From: Felis catus
Lineage: Eukaryota
Length of the DNA: 64,000 bases
Assembly: GCF_018350175.1 (NCBI RefSeq)
Contig: NC_058369.1
Coordinates: 15,626,001 to 15,690,000, forward strand
Direction: 5' to 3'
Below the pieces are notes generated by a model that ran no database searches, had not been told where the DNA came from, and saw only the letters and a program-made list of their open reading frames with translations. The position numbers were made by a program, and so were the translations under genes. Below are positions 1 through 11,946 of this stretch, in pieces; positions within the stretch are counted from its first letter, which is position 1, and the number at the start of each line of letters is the position of its first letter.

Positions 1-150
1 AGCTCTGGGCTGATGGCTTGGAGCCTGGAGCCTGTTTCCGATTCTGTGTCTCCCTCTCTCTCTGCCCCTCCCCCGTTCATGCTCTGTCTCTCTCTGTCCC
101 AAAAATAAATAAAAAACGTTGAAAAAAAAATTAAAAAAAAAAAAGTACAA
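1..150 (+). mobile_element. SINEC_Fc 3' part (cut by window edge)
   Basis: gagcctggagcctgtttccgattctgtgtctccc, CT-rich region, A tail. Confidence 0.9.
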
Positions 151-159
151 AAAAAATAC

Positions 160-1095
160 ACGCATGGCAAATTAGCCCACGAAAAGATGCTCAACACCAG
201 CTTGTATCCTGAAAACGAGCAAATGTCAACCAAATGAGACGCCACCACATACCTCTTGGGATGAACCGGCTAAAGTAAGAAAGGCTGAAAGCACAAAGTG
301 CTGGCGAGGCCCCGGGGCGAACCCACCCGCGCGTCGCTAGTGGAATGCAAAATGGTGTAGACACTCTGGGAAGCGGTTTGGCAGTTTCTTGTGAGGCTAA
401 GCACTCACCGACCCTACAGCTCAGCGAGTTGACTCCAGCGTGTTTATTCTAGAAAAATGACAACGTACACTCACACAAAAAACCTGTATGGGAATGTTTA
501 CAGCAGCTCCCTTCAGAGTCGTCGGAAACCGGAAACAACTTAATTGGCATCCAGCGGGCCAGCGGATAAGTAAATTCTGGGACAGACTACTAATTCCCGC
601 AACAACATCGGAGACTCTGAGAAGCATGATGCCGTGTTAAAGATGCCAGATTCAAAAGGCTACAGACTGGGGCGCCTGGGTGGCTCAGTCGGTTAAGCGG
701 CCGACCTCGGCTCAGGTCATGATCTCGCGGTCCGTGAGTTCGAGCCCCGTGTTGGGCTCTGTGCTGACAGCTCGGAGCCTGGAGCCTGTTTCGGATTCTG
801 TGTCTCCCTCTCTCTGACCTTCCCCTGTTCATGCTCTGTCTCTGTCTCAAAAATAAATAAATGTTAAAAAAAGAAAAAAAGGCTACAGGCTGTATGACTC
901 CATTTATGTGACATTCTGGAAAAGGCAAGCCTGGGGGGACAGAAAACAGACCTGTGGCCGCGGGCCCTTGGGAATGGGAGGGCTGACAGTAAGGGGTGTT
1001 ACTGGGTGGTGGGAATACAACCATACATTCATCAAAATTCATAAAACTACACCAACAAAAGTATTTTTCCGCACGTAAATATATCTCGCTAAGAG
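160..1095 (+). mobile_element. Old L1 (L1M) 3' fragment, interrupted by a SINEC
   Basis: Degenerate L1 ORF2-end/3'UTR motifs (gtggaatgcaaaatggtgtagacactctggg; tgtatgactccatttatgtgacattctggaaaaggcaa). Confidence 0.75.
669..880 (+). mobile_element. SINEC_Fc
   Basis: Full ggggcgcctgggtggctcagtcgg...A tail; TSD aaaaggctacag(a/g)ct. Confidence 0.95.
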
Positions 1096-1191
1096 AAAAA
1101 TCAGTTTTGTGATCAGTTGGAAAACGAGCCCACTAACCAACCCTCTTCCCACTGGAGTGCTCCCCATGCTCCTTTGATGTAAGACCTCTGA

Positions 1192-1341
1192 GGGGCACCT
1201 GGGTGGCTCAGTCGGTTAAGCGTCCGACTCTTGATCTCAGGGTTGTGAGTTCAAGCCCTGTGTTGGGCTCTGCACTGGGTGTGAAGCTTACTACATTAAA
1301 TTAAATTAAATTAAATTAAATTAAATTAAATTTTATGAAAT
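1192..1341 (+). mobile_element. Short older SINEC with (ATTAA)n tail
   Basis: ggggcacctgggtggctcag head, no CT-rich region, (ttaaa)n at about 1296-1330; TSD-like acctctga. Confidence 0.8.
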
Positions 1342-1439
1342 AAAACCTCTGACACTGCCTTAGCATGAGGAGACCCTATCATCAGGGAAAGGCCTTCACT
1401 CCCGTGTGTCTGGATGGGGCACGTTGTGAGAGATTCAAT

Positions 1440-1870
1440 ATGCCCGCACATTCCCTGAAGCTGCTCCTGTGAACGGATTCCTGTCTCCCCCGCCCGTGAA
1501 TCTGGGCTGCTCTTGGGACCAGCTCTGTCCAACAGGATGTGGGGGAAAGGACGCCGTGATGGTTCCAGAGCCTGGGCCTCAGGACGCCCTACAGCCTCAC
1601 CACCACCTCTTGGAGTGCGTGCCCTGAGGCTGACACGTTTGGAAGCCGGTCCAGGGGACCCGGGGATGAAAAGCCCCACTGGAGGAGAACCGAGGGCCCA
1701 TCCAACTCAGCACCAAGCGCACACGTGTGAGGGCTTTCCAGCCGCCAGTGGATGCCACCATGAGAGCCAGGCCCGATGAAGCCGGCAGAGAACTTCCCAG
1801 GCACCCACAGAACTGTGAGAAAGAATTCACTGTTTCAGCCTCTACTCCCCCCCACCCCTATTGGAATTTG
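1440..1870 (+). mobile_element. MLT1-like (ERVL-MaLR) LTR remnant
   Basis: Resembles recalled MLT1 consensus (tgaatctgggctg...; cccacagaactgtgaga). Confidence 0.6.
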
Positions 1871-1999
1871 ACCAACGACCCCACCCCTGCCCTCCCTCCG
1901 GTCTCGCCATCACGCATGGCACCTAAGGTCACATCTCGTCTGTCAGCTTCGACGGGACGGCCTCCCAGGCTTTGTGTCTCATGACCTTGACTTGTTGGA

Positions 2000-2360
2000 C
2001 GCTACTAGCCAGTTATTCTGTGGAACGTCCCTCGCTTTGGGTCTTGGCAGGAACCCTGAAGCGATCTGGGTCTTTGTCCAGAGGCACGTGATGCTGCTTC
2101 GCCCCTTTCCCGGCCAGGTTTACTTTGCTCACTTGGCCAAGGTGGGGTCTGCCACGTATCTCTGGGGAAAGTTCCTGTGTGCCCCTTAGAAACGATTCCG
2201 TGTCTTGCCGGGAGATATTCTGAGATGAGGTAGCCATCCTATTGCCCACCAGACCTGTGCCCTCTAGATTTAGCTGGAATCTTGCCGGGAACAACAGTCT
2301 CCATGTTGGTTGCCGCTCGGCGACTTTCTAATTCCATCCTTCCTTCTAAGTCCTTAAGTT
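2000..2360 (-). mobile_element. Old L1M 3' fragment
   Basis: tttgctcacttggccaaggtggggtctgcc...gggagatattctgagat resembles antisense L1MC/ME sequence. Confidence 0.55.
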
Positions 2361-5300
2361 CTAGGGTGGCCTGTTGAGCCGAGATGGGTCACAACAAGCG
2401 GGTGGCCCGGCCCCGTGTGCGTCTGCATCACTCTGGGTGAGGTGGATGTTTACAGTCACTGAGGACACATATTCCGAGGATATAAAGACAGTTCTGAGCC
2501 TGGAGAACTCTTGCTCGCGGCCAACTCCCCAGCACCCGCCATGATGTCTCGGCCGCGGTCCTCTTGGTGGTTTTCTCGCGTCCGCTCTACAGCTGCCCGC
2601 GACAGCTTATTGTCAGAGAAGCCCCCTGCCCTCCCACTTGGGCAAACCGTCTTTGGCTTCTCCTCACACCTAGAATAACACCTGCACTGGCCTCTGCGGC
2701 ACGGGGCTGGTGGCCTCCCTCACGCCGCTGCAGCCACGGGGCCACGGGGCCCTTCCTGTGGGGCCGGCCTCTGCACGCTCGCCCTGGCTGTTCCCTCAGC
2801 CTTCCTCAGAGGGGCCTTCCTGGTCTGCCTCAGGGACAACAGTCCCCACGCCACAGTGAGCCTTCAACCCCTCACCCCGCTGGACCTTCCTTCTGAGCAG
2901 TTACCCACGTGAAATTCTGCTGTGACTTTGACTAGTTGGTGTCTGTCTCCCCTTAGCACGGATGTTCTTGCTCCCTGGTCTGTGCAGAACAGAGCGGCAC
3001 TGGGCAGAGAGCAGAGCCCCGGGAATATTTGTTGGAGGCAGGACAGAATCCTTCAGGCCTCACCAGACCTTCCACGCACATCACTTCCTCCGGAAACCTT
3101 TGCAGGTCACCCAAAGGTAAGTGGGGTGCCCCCCTCACAGTCCCTGCTCCCTGTCTACCGCTCTCTCCACCCCTACTTCCCTAAACAGCTTCCCAGAACA
3201 GAGACGGGGTCTGCCTGGCTCACAGTTGGATCTCCAGCCCCTAACAGGGCCAGATATGGAGTAGGGGGTCAGTAAGTGTTTGCTGAGTGACTGCTTGATG
3301 GTAAGTGGCTCTCTGATGGTGGTTCTACTTGGGTGGGCAATATGGGAAGCTATTACCAGAGAGAGTTGACAGGCCTGGTACAGTTCATCATGTTGCTAAA
3401 ATTTCATCCAAGATTCCTCTGAACTCTCGCTTTATTTTGTGGCTGTATTAATATAGACCTTGGGCAAGTCTATATTGGCCTGCACCTCCCTCAGAAAGGC
3501 TGAGCCCTCAGAAGGAAGCCTTTGCACCTACGATAATACACCGTAGATCAAAATACAAGGGCCACTCTAAGGCATCAGAGCAACTGTCTTCCTCTGAAAT
3601 TGATTTGCCATGAGAAACAGAAGCAATGTGTTAGCAAATTTCTAGTACCTTCTCTTAGGAGAGCCAAGAGGACCCCGTGTTTATGGAACAGCATTGGACG
3701 ACGATGAAGGATAATCTAAGAAGAAGAAATGTCTGAAGATGAAAAACATACGGCAGGTGAATTTGAAGCCAATGGAGGCAATAAGCAGAAACCAACAAAA
3801 AACAAGCAAAAACAAAACAAAAAAACCCAACAAACAACAACAACAGAAACCCCCACAACCTTTAGAAATTACCCTGTAGCTCAAGGAGAAAGGAGAAAGT
3901 GGAAAGGACGGGCGATGAGGCACGGATGGCGGGCCCAAGCACTTCCTGTGTCTCTAGGGAGAACCAAGCAGGACAGAAGGCTGCCAAGACAGATCCGGAA
4001 CAGCAACAAATTCTACCGGACGCTTCCCTGGCTGCGTTCCTGAAAGGCCCCACTAGTCCCAGGTTAAAAAAAAAAAAAAAAATTAAGTTTTGTGAGCTCT
4101 CGTGTCCTATGCACCAGGGGGCAAAAACGGTGGGCTGTCTGGAGGTCTGGAGACACAGGTCTGAGTGTTCCAGCCTGGAAGATTCGCCCCACGGAACACG
4201 ACGGTCGTTCAGCCCCACGTGCAGCTGAGAAGTTAGACCTGACAGAGTGGCCAACTGCGGGAAGTTTATGCCCATCTCCCAGAATCCGAGGGAAAATCGG
4301 GCAGGGGGAGGAGAGAGGCACCCCGGGGGACACAGCAGCCCTTTCTAGCAGGGTGGACGCCTGTCCCTCTCGCCAGGGAAGCCCACCCCCCTGAGGTGGG
4401 GGTTTCACCGCGTCGGGCAGCCCCAGCGGCCATTCACAAGGACAAGTTGGCTGATATCTACAAAAAGTACTTACTTCCCAGAGAGACCTCTGGTGCACCC
4501 TCCGGGGGGGGTCAAGAGCAGGCTCAAGACATTTGTAACCAGCAGAGGACATGGGGGAGGGTCTCTAGCTGGCCCTCTCCCCCTTCGTGCTAGGAGCCAT
4601 ACGGTCCCGAGGCACCACTGATGCAAATGTATTTCCCACCTAGACATACAGCTTGCAAGTCGTGCGAGATGAAGTTCCACACTGGAGAATGGGTACATAA
4701 GCTGTTCCGTATGTCCACGGACCCGCACGGAGCCGTTTTAAGTTCATAGCTTCAAAGAGTATCGAACGGTTTTGGAAATGATGGTCAGAGGTGAGGTAAG
4801 AAATAGCAAGACACTAAATTACATACAAAACATGCTCTTAATTTTTTTTAAGCCCCCCCCCCCCAAAAAAAAAGTGTAACGGCATGACCTTGGGTACTGG
4901 AATTGGGGACGGTTTTGTATTTTCTTTCTTTGTATATTTCTCTAATTTTCCAAATGTTCTACCATGAGCACGTATCACATTGGGGACCCCCCCCCAACAC
5001 ACACACGCGCGCGTATGTCCTTCTAGAACACGTTGCTGCTTATTTTTCTAGTTATCACAGCCAGCGCCGTATCTATTTGCTGCTCCCAAGAGGCTCACGA
5101 CAAAGAGAACATCCTCTCTCTGAATGACGTTTGTGTCCGCGAATCTCGCTCTGGCCTTTGAGACCAACAAAGACCCAAACAATGAGATGCAGCCACTTTC
5201 AGGGGAAGGTTTGCTCGGACGCATGCCCTCTTCCTACTTACACACCTTGGTCTCTACCAAACCACACGAGGACTTTTCAACCTGATTTTTTTTTTTTTCT

Positions 5301-6292
5301 TCTTGGGGTGTGTACGTGTTCAGTTTAAGGGGCACGGATCACACATCCCCAGGGGAGGCTGAAGCTGCTGGCGTGGGGACCACATTTTGAGGAGCGCTGT
5401 CCTATCCTCTGCGCCCCTCCACCCCAAGGCCTTCTCCTCCTCCTCATTGACCCCTTCCATCTTGGCTTTCCCCCAAAAGTTTGTTATTTGGAGTCGACAC
5501 CAGTCAACTTTCGGGAAACGGAGAAGGAAGACACAAGTAAGAAAAATACCCACCCCCCACCCCCCACCCCCCGCCCCCCGCCCTTACCCTGCCTGACGCC
5601 TTGGTCTAAAGCTTGCTCGTCTGCCCCCACCCCTCCTTGCCCACCCCCTGTGCCAGCATGGCCCCGGCCCCTGGCCCCGTCTCTGTAAACTATGGCTCTG
5701 AAGGTACCGCTCCCCACCTGAGATCCTGGTTCTGCTCCCCAAGGGAAGTTCTAACTTCCCAGCGAAGCTATTGAGGGTTCTTTGGTTTGGGTTCATGCTG
5801 GAACCTTCCTCGCCTTCCTCCTCTCCCCTCCCGCCTTTGCCCCGGCACCCACCCCATACGTCCGGGCCACGTAGAGTTTCCAGCCATTCCCCTCGGATGC
5901 ATACCCTTCTGTGTCTTTGGCACACGGGGGTTTCTTCTGCCTGGAAGGTTTTTGTCCCTAAATCTACCTGATGAGCTCGGACTCCTCTGTCAAGGCCTAG
6001 ATGAAATGCCACCACGGCCGGGAGCCTTCCTGGGTTCTCTCGGGCAGTGAGTCCTTCCTCGAGTCATTTCAGTGAAGCCTCCCAAAGAACCGTCCGTGGA
6101 AGCTCTTGCTGCCCCCCGTGTGGAAGGGCCATTTCCACGGTGCCGCCCCCTTAAGGGCGATGACCACCTTTGTCCCTGGCCTGCAGCAGATGCTCAATAC
6201 TTGTTGAAGGACTGAAATTAATTCCTAGGACGTTTATATCGCTGAGCGTGTACTTCTCTATTCTCCTTCCTGTTTGGAACAGGATAGACGAC

Positions 6293-6460
6293 GGCGGTTC
6301 TCATCCCTGTGCACAGTAGGATCCCCTGGGGAGCTTTAAAACTAATGTTCAGGCCACACATGAGACCGGCTCAATCAGGATCTGGGGAGGGACAGACGTC
6401 GGCGTGTTTCACAGCTCCCGGGTCATGCTAACGTGTAGACGGGTTTGAGGCTTCTCCACG
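6293..6460. mobile_element. MER5A-like hAT-Charlie DNA transposon
   Basis: gcggttctca...cccctggggagctttaaaa...tttgagg pattern. Confidence 0.6.
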
Positions 6461-9051
6461 GGCAGGTGGGCACTGTATCTTGGCTGTTCCTCCCCACCGT
6501 GGGGGATGGGGGTGAGCCGTGTCTGAGCCCACGGTGCTGTGCACGGTAAGACATGGCTTTAGAGTCCCTTTTAACTGAGGGAGGAGGAGGTCTCCTGGAG
6601 AGGATGAGGAGTACAGGGTACGCCCAGCAGAGGGAGGGCAGCAGACATTTGGGGGGAGGGCAGAGGCGCAGAGGGGGTTGGCCTGACAGCCACCTATGGC
6701 CCCTAGGGCTTCCCCTGGGGACACTGCAGACAGCAGGTGCTGGGCCAGGCCCCCTCCGTGGTTGAGCGTCACAGCAGACCGTGCGGGAAAGTAAAGTGCC
6801 CTGAGTCACGGCGAGTCCGGGCCTGGGACTCCCATCTACCACAGTCACTCCTGGCCTGCTCGGATCAGAAGATGAGACCCCGACGTGGGGGGCCTAGAGA
6901 GAGCCCTGGCTCGGACGCAGGAGTGGCCTGAGCCCCAGCTACACCTCCAGGAGCCCCCTTTTCTTGTCTGGACTTGTCCCCCACCTCTAAGTGGGGGTGA
7001 CAGCACCGACCGCCGGAAACGCTTTGCACGCTGCTGTCTCCCGGGGCACCGAGTCCCGAAACCCCAGCCCGGGCACCAGACGTGGCTCCTCAAGGGACTC
7101 GCTGACCACACTGCCTCACGGCCGGAACCCAGCCTCGGGAGCCGACCTTGGAACCTTCATGTGTTTGACAGACGACAAAGCCCTGAAACTCAGCTTCCCG
7201 CCCCACGCGGGCACCCACATGCGTGCACATACGTGTGGCTCGGTCCCAGACCAGGCGCTGGCCTGGAGGGCTGCGGCTGCAGGGGCGCGTGGGGCCGCTG
7301 GGGCCAGCTCACGCACGAGAGCCAGCTGCCCACATCTCTGCCACCGCCACCTGCTGGGACCTTACGTGGGGACATCACAGTGTGAAATCGGCCCTGGAGG
7401 GAGCGTTTGCACTGCGATTATCATCAAATGCTACACTTGAGGTCTTACTTCCTCCCCTCCTCTCCCCCCCACCCCGTCCCCGGCAGCTGATCAACATTTC
7501 CCAGCACCCCACTACCTGGCTCCCAGCAGCTGGTGGCCCTGGGGGGCACAGGAGCAACCCTGACCTTCGTCCAAGTTGTGCTCCGTGGCCCCGCAGCATC
7601 CGTACCCCTTAGGCGCTGGTTAGAAAGGCAGATCCCGTCCCTGCCTCACCGCAGGTCTGAGTCAGGGTCTCAGGGGGCAGGGGCCACAGACCTGCAGTTT
7701 ATGGGGCTCCCCAGGGAGGCTACAGTTGGAGACGCACAGCTCTAAGGACCAGAGAGGAGGGAAGGGAGGTGCAGGGGGGGCTTCGGGGGGACGTGGGACA
7801 TCCAGTCTGGGTGTCATCCAACCACAACACAGGCAGGTGTCCTCCAATTTCTTCCTCTTCACGGTTCAAATATAAGAGAGAGAAGACTTAGGGGAAAAAC
7901 GTCCACATTGCCACCAGCCACACCACTGTTCTCAGGCGTCCCCGTTTCTTCCGCGACTCGAGCGCCTTTACGTACAAATCAGGCGCTGGGGTATCTAGTT
8001 TCCCCACGGGTGTGCGCAGCGCATTCCGTTCTGGAACCACACGGTCTCCCACCCTGACACGGTCGCCGAGGCCAGGGGACTCGCTCAAGGTGGGGTTTTG
8101 TGCTGTCTTTTACGTCTGCCAAGCGCCTGGGCGCTGAACGGCGGGGGGTTGGTACCCGGAATGTAATCTTCCGAATTAACATTCCTCGTGCTGGGCCTGG
8201 CTCGGAAGGGCAGGACGGGAACAAGCCTCCGGGTCACAGGCACAGCCCCGTGGAAGGGCGCACGGACCCCTAATCCGTTTTATTCTGGGAAGTATTTCGG
8301 CACGGCCTGGCTCTGTAGTTTATAAACAAGCTCTTTGTTGGCGGGAGGTGGTGGGTCATTTAGAAGGTTAAACGCTCCTCTGGAGGCTCTCATGAGGTGC
8401 TTGGCTTCCCTTTTAGCTTTAGGGAAGACAGTGGGTCTGCAAACGGCCTGGATTTGGGGCCACATATGTCACCTATCAGCAGGTGACACTGCCGGGCAGG
8501 GCAAGGCTTGGGGAAAACCACCGGCAACCCCACCTCGCGTCTCCTGCACTTTTCCCAACAGAGCTTGCTCATCCGTCCAACAAATACTCACCGGCGCCTC
8601 TTCTGACCCGGCTGCTTCACAGCGTGGGGCTGGGGGGAGACCGAGGAAGGGGGCTCCAGGCTAACGGCGGCTTCCCAGGGGGAGGAAATAACCTCGTGCA
8701 AAGTGTAGAGGCAGGGAATGCCCATTCTCTGGACAGAGAAGTGGTCCAGAATAGTTGGCGGGACTAGAAGAGGAACGGGTAGCAGACGATGGGGTGGAAA
8801 CAGGGGCCGGTGTCAGGTGACGAAGTCCTAACTGTGCCCGGATAAGCTGTTTCGTCTTTTATTCTGTAGACACTTATGCTAAAGGGGGTGCCACCGGCCC
8901 AGCCTGTACCTGCCCACCTCGGACGCCTCCAGCCGGCCACCCACCCGTCCTCTCCTCCGTGCCCGCCCATCCATCAGCCAGCATTTATCCATCCACCCAT
9001 CCAGCCCAAGTATACACTATGTACCAGACCCAGGATTTATTTCTTCTTCCC

Positions 9052-9270
9052 TTTTTTTTTTAAAATTTATTCATTTATTTTGAAAGAAAGAGAGGGCGAG
9101 CGAGAGAGGGGCAGAGAGGGAGAGGGACACGCAGAGAATCCCAAGTAGGCTCTGCTCTGCACTGTCAGCACAGAGCCCGACACGGGGCTCGAACCCATGA
9201 ACCGTGAGATCATGACCTGAGCCGAAATCAAGAGTCAGAGGCTCAACCGACTGAGCCACCCAGGCGCCCC
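9052..9270 (-). mobile_element. SINEC
   Basis: Reverse-complement SINEC: T tail, gagaga, ...gagccacccaggcgcccc. Confidence 0.93.
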
Positions 9271-9645
9271 CAGGGTTTCTTCTTCTCTCCTTTTCTGGGT
9301 CCCGGAGGGCTTGAGGTGTCCCCAGCAACTCCCTCCATATATTCTGTTCCAGAACTACTCCAGCCTACCTGTGTCACCTGCAGACGATTCAGGGGACGGT
9401 GTTGTTATTAACAAGGAATTAAACAGTCATGTGACAGCAAGGCTCACCTGGGCCGATGGCTGGAAAACACACAGCCAGGAAAGAGGTCTCATGGCTGGGT
9501 GTGCCGAGCACAGCAGGACGAGGAAACCTCATGCTGACAATTCTTTGAAAAGTCAGTTATGAAGCTGTTACAACACATGGCAACACAGGCCCTTCGAAGA
9601 ATTATAATGTATTTATGTCCTTCAAATGAATAAAGGAATCAGAGA

Positions 9646-9911
9646 AGGGCACCTGGGTGGCTCAGTCATTTGAGCGGCCGACTTCGGCTCAGGTCACGAT
9701 CTCGCGGTCTGTGAGTTCGAGCCCCCGCGTCGGGCTCTGTGCTGACGGCTCAGAGCCTGGAGCCTGCTTCGGATTCTGTGTCTCCCTCTCTCTCTGACCC
9801 TCCCCTGTTCACGCTCTGTCTCTCTCAAAAATAAAAAGTAAATGTTAAAAATGTTTTAAAAGTTGTTTTAATTAAAAATAAATAAATAAGTAAACATTAA
9901 AAAATTTTAAA
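9646..9911 (+). mobile_element. SINEC_Fc
   Basis: Full length; perfect TSD aaaggaatcagaga (9632-9645, 9912-9925). Confidence 0.95.
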
Positions 9912-10158
9912 AAAGGAATCAGAGAGTTAAGATTCGCTATGTAAAAAAGAAAAAAAAAAACCAAACAACTCCATGGATTGACTTTTTGTCAAGTTTTGGG
10001 TTTTTGTTTTGTTTTGTTTTTGAGCTGGTGGGGAAAGGGGAGGGGGAGCAGTGTTTTACGTCTTGGTCCTTCTTACACGGGTTACGTTTTGTGAATCCTT
10101 TGGTCTAACATCTCTTATTGTCCTTCATGGTGAAAAACACTTCCGATTATAGAAGGCA

Positions 10159-10159
<1 letters not shown>

Positions 10160-10195
<36 letters not shown>

Positions 10196-10207
10196 TGCAC
10201 ACACACA
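10160..10207. repeat. (CA)n microsatellite
   Basis: Directly visible. Confidence 0.95.
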
Positions 10208-10483
10208 GTACAAAGCAGAGAAAAAGCACTCTGAGATAACTATTATTAATATTTTGGAGTGTTTTTTTCCTCGTCTCTTTTCTTGGCATATTTTTCAACA
10301 TAATTGAGATCATCCCTTTTACACAGTTTTGATTCTGACTTCCCCTCCCTCCACTGAATATGACAGGAGAAAACTTACACGAAAGTTCTGAAAACTCCTT
10401 CTTAGTGGCTGCAAAGAACACCATTACATGGATGTTCCGTAATTTACTGAACCAACCCCTTTAGTTGACAGCTCAGGAAGTTT

Positions 10484-10520
10484 CTTTTCTTCTTCTTCTT
10501 CTTTAAGTTTATTTATTTTT

Positions 10521-10562
<42 letters not shown>

Positions 10563-10681
10563 CCCAAGCAGGCTCTGAGCTGTCAGCACAGAGCCCGATG
10601 CGGGGCTCAAACCCACAAACCGTGAGATCCTGACCTGAGCTGAAGTCGGCCGCTTAACCGACTGAGCCACCCAGGTGCCCC
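10484..10681 (-). mobile_element. SINEC
   Basis: Reverse SINEC with (GA)n; TSD-like aggaagtttc. Confidence 0.92.
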
Positions 10682-10732
10682 ACGGGCTTAGGAAGTTTCC
10701 AACATTTTACTTTTATTAAAAGATGGAGACCA

Positions 10733-10970
10733 GGGGCACGTGGGTGGCTCAGTCAGTTAAGCAACTGACCTCGGCTCAGGTCACGACCTTGTGATTCATG
10801 GGTTCGGGCCCAGCATCGGGCTCTGTGCTGACAGCTTGGAGCCTGGAGCTTGCTTCGGATTCTGTGTCTTCCTCTCTCTCTGCCCCTCCCCCACTTGTGC
10901 TCTGTCTCTGTCTCTCTGTCTCTCTCTCTCTCAAAAATAAATAAAATGTAAAAAAAAAAAAAAAAAAAAA
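10733..10970 (+). mobile_element. SINEC_Fc
   Basis: Full length, long A tail, TSD aaaagat(g/c)gagacca. Confidence 0.95.
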
Positions 10971-11715
10971 GATCGAGACCATCCTTCTTCCACCCTCGGT
11001 CAGAACTCTGATCATTTCCTTCAGGTAGAATTCTAGAAATGGAACCGAGGAGGAAAAACTGTTCAATGCTGAGGCTTGAACCCCTCTTGCCACACTGCTT
11101 TCCAAAGCGACAACCGCATGCATAGAGGCTCTGTGGCATGTCACGAGGGTGTCCCCGGCGCTCTGTAACGTTAAGGGAAAATGAGGTGCGTGTGTTGGTC
11201 TAGCTGGTGAGCGTGCATGATGCGTCAGAGGAAGCACTTGTAAAATCAAACCAAACCCGAAACAACAGAACTGCAATGACTTGCCTGTCCTGTCACCTGC
11301 GGTTCCAAACCCAAACCAATGCTTTAACAAAAAGATTTAAACAGCTGGCCCAAGACCCTTTGACCCGGAGTTTCAAATCGCGCTGGTGGGAATACGCTTC
11401 TGATTTGAAAACTGGTGTCAGGAGTTTCTGTCGAGCAAGCCAATTTCCTGCTCACTGTTCCCAGGTAAAGGGAAGGCTTGCTCAGAAGTCAGACTACTGC
11501 CCCAGGGAGAAAACGCTCCCCGACCCTCCTAGGGCTCTCAGCAAGGGTGTGAGGCGCTGGGCCGCCCCTGGGATGGGATCTGGGGGTTGCAGAGAGCATC
11601 CCCCCCGCCACGAGGGCGGCTCTGGGGGAAGAGCTGGGCAGCGGCGCGCCTCAGTTTACCGGCCGGGAGCACGGGCCCAGCGCCGGCTGGCGCGCACCCC
11701 CTCCGGCGCACTCAC

Positions 11716-11836
11716 CTCCGCCGTACATCTGGCACAGGTAGGGGAAGCGCCACACGTTGCCCAGGCCCACGGCGTACGAGATGCAGGCAAAGACGAACTG
11801 CAACGGGTTGGCCCACAGCGGCCGCGCCTTCTCCAT
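11716..11836 (-). CDS. SLC6A20: SLC6A20 (SIT1 imino/proline transporter) coding exon 1
   Basis: Translates [40 protein letters not shown] with the SLC6/NSS signature [10 protein letters not shown]; Kozak GCGGCCATGG; donor G|GTGAGT after 11716 (121 nt, phase 1); adjacent to LZTFL1 as in human. Exon 2 not found in 1-11700. Confidence 0.96.
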
Positions 11837-11912
11837 GGCCGCGGGCTCGGCGCGGGGCTGCTTCGGAGCGCGGCTGCCGCGCGCGTCCCGCCCGCTCGGC
11901 CCTGTGGTGGCC

Positions 11913-11944
<32 letters not shown>
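11913..11944 (-). repeat. (GGC)~10 trinucleotide repeat at SLC6A20 5' end
   Basis: Uninterrupted ccg x10 on the + strand. Confidence 0.95.

Positions 11945-11946
<2 letters not shown>

Noticed and set aside
669..760. tRNA-like A-box/B-box sequences
   Set aside because: They are the tRNA-derived heads of SINEC elements, not tRNA genes.
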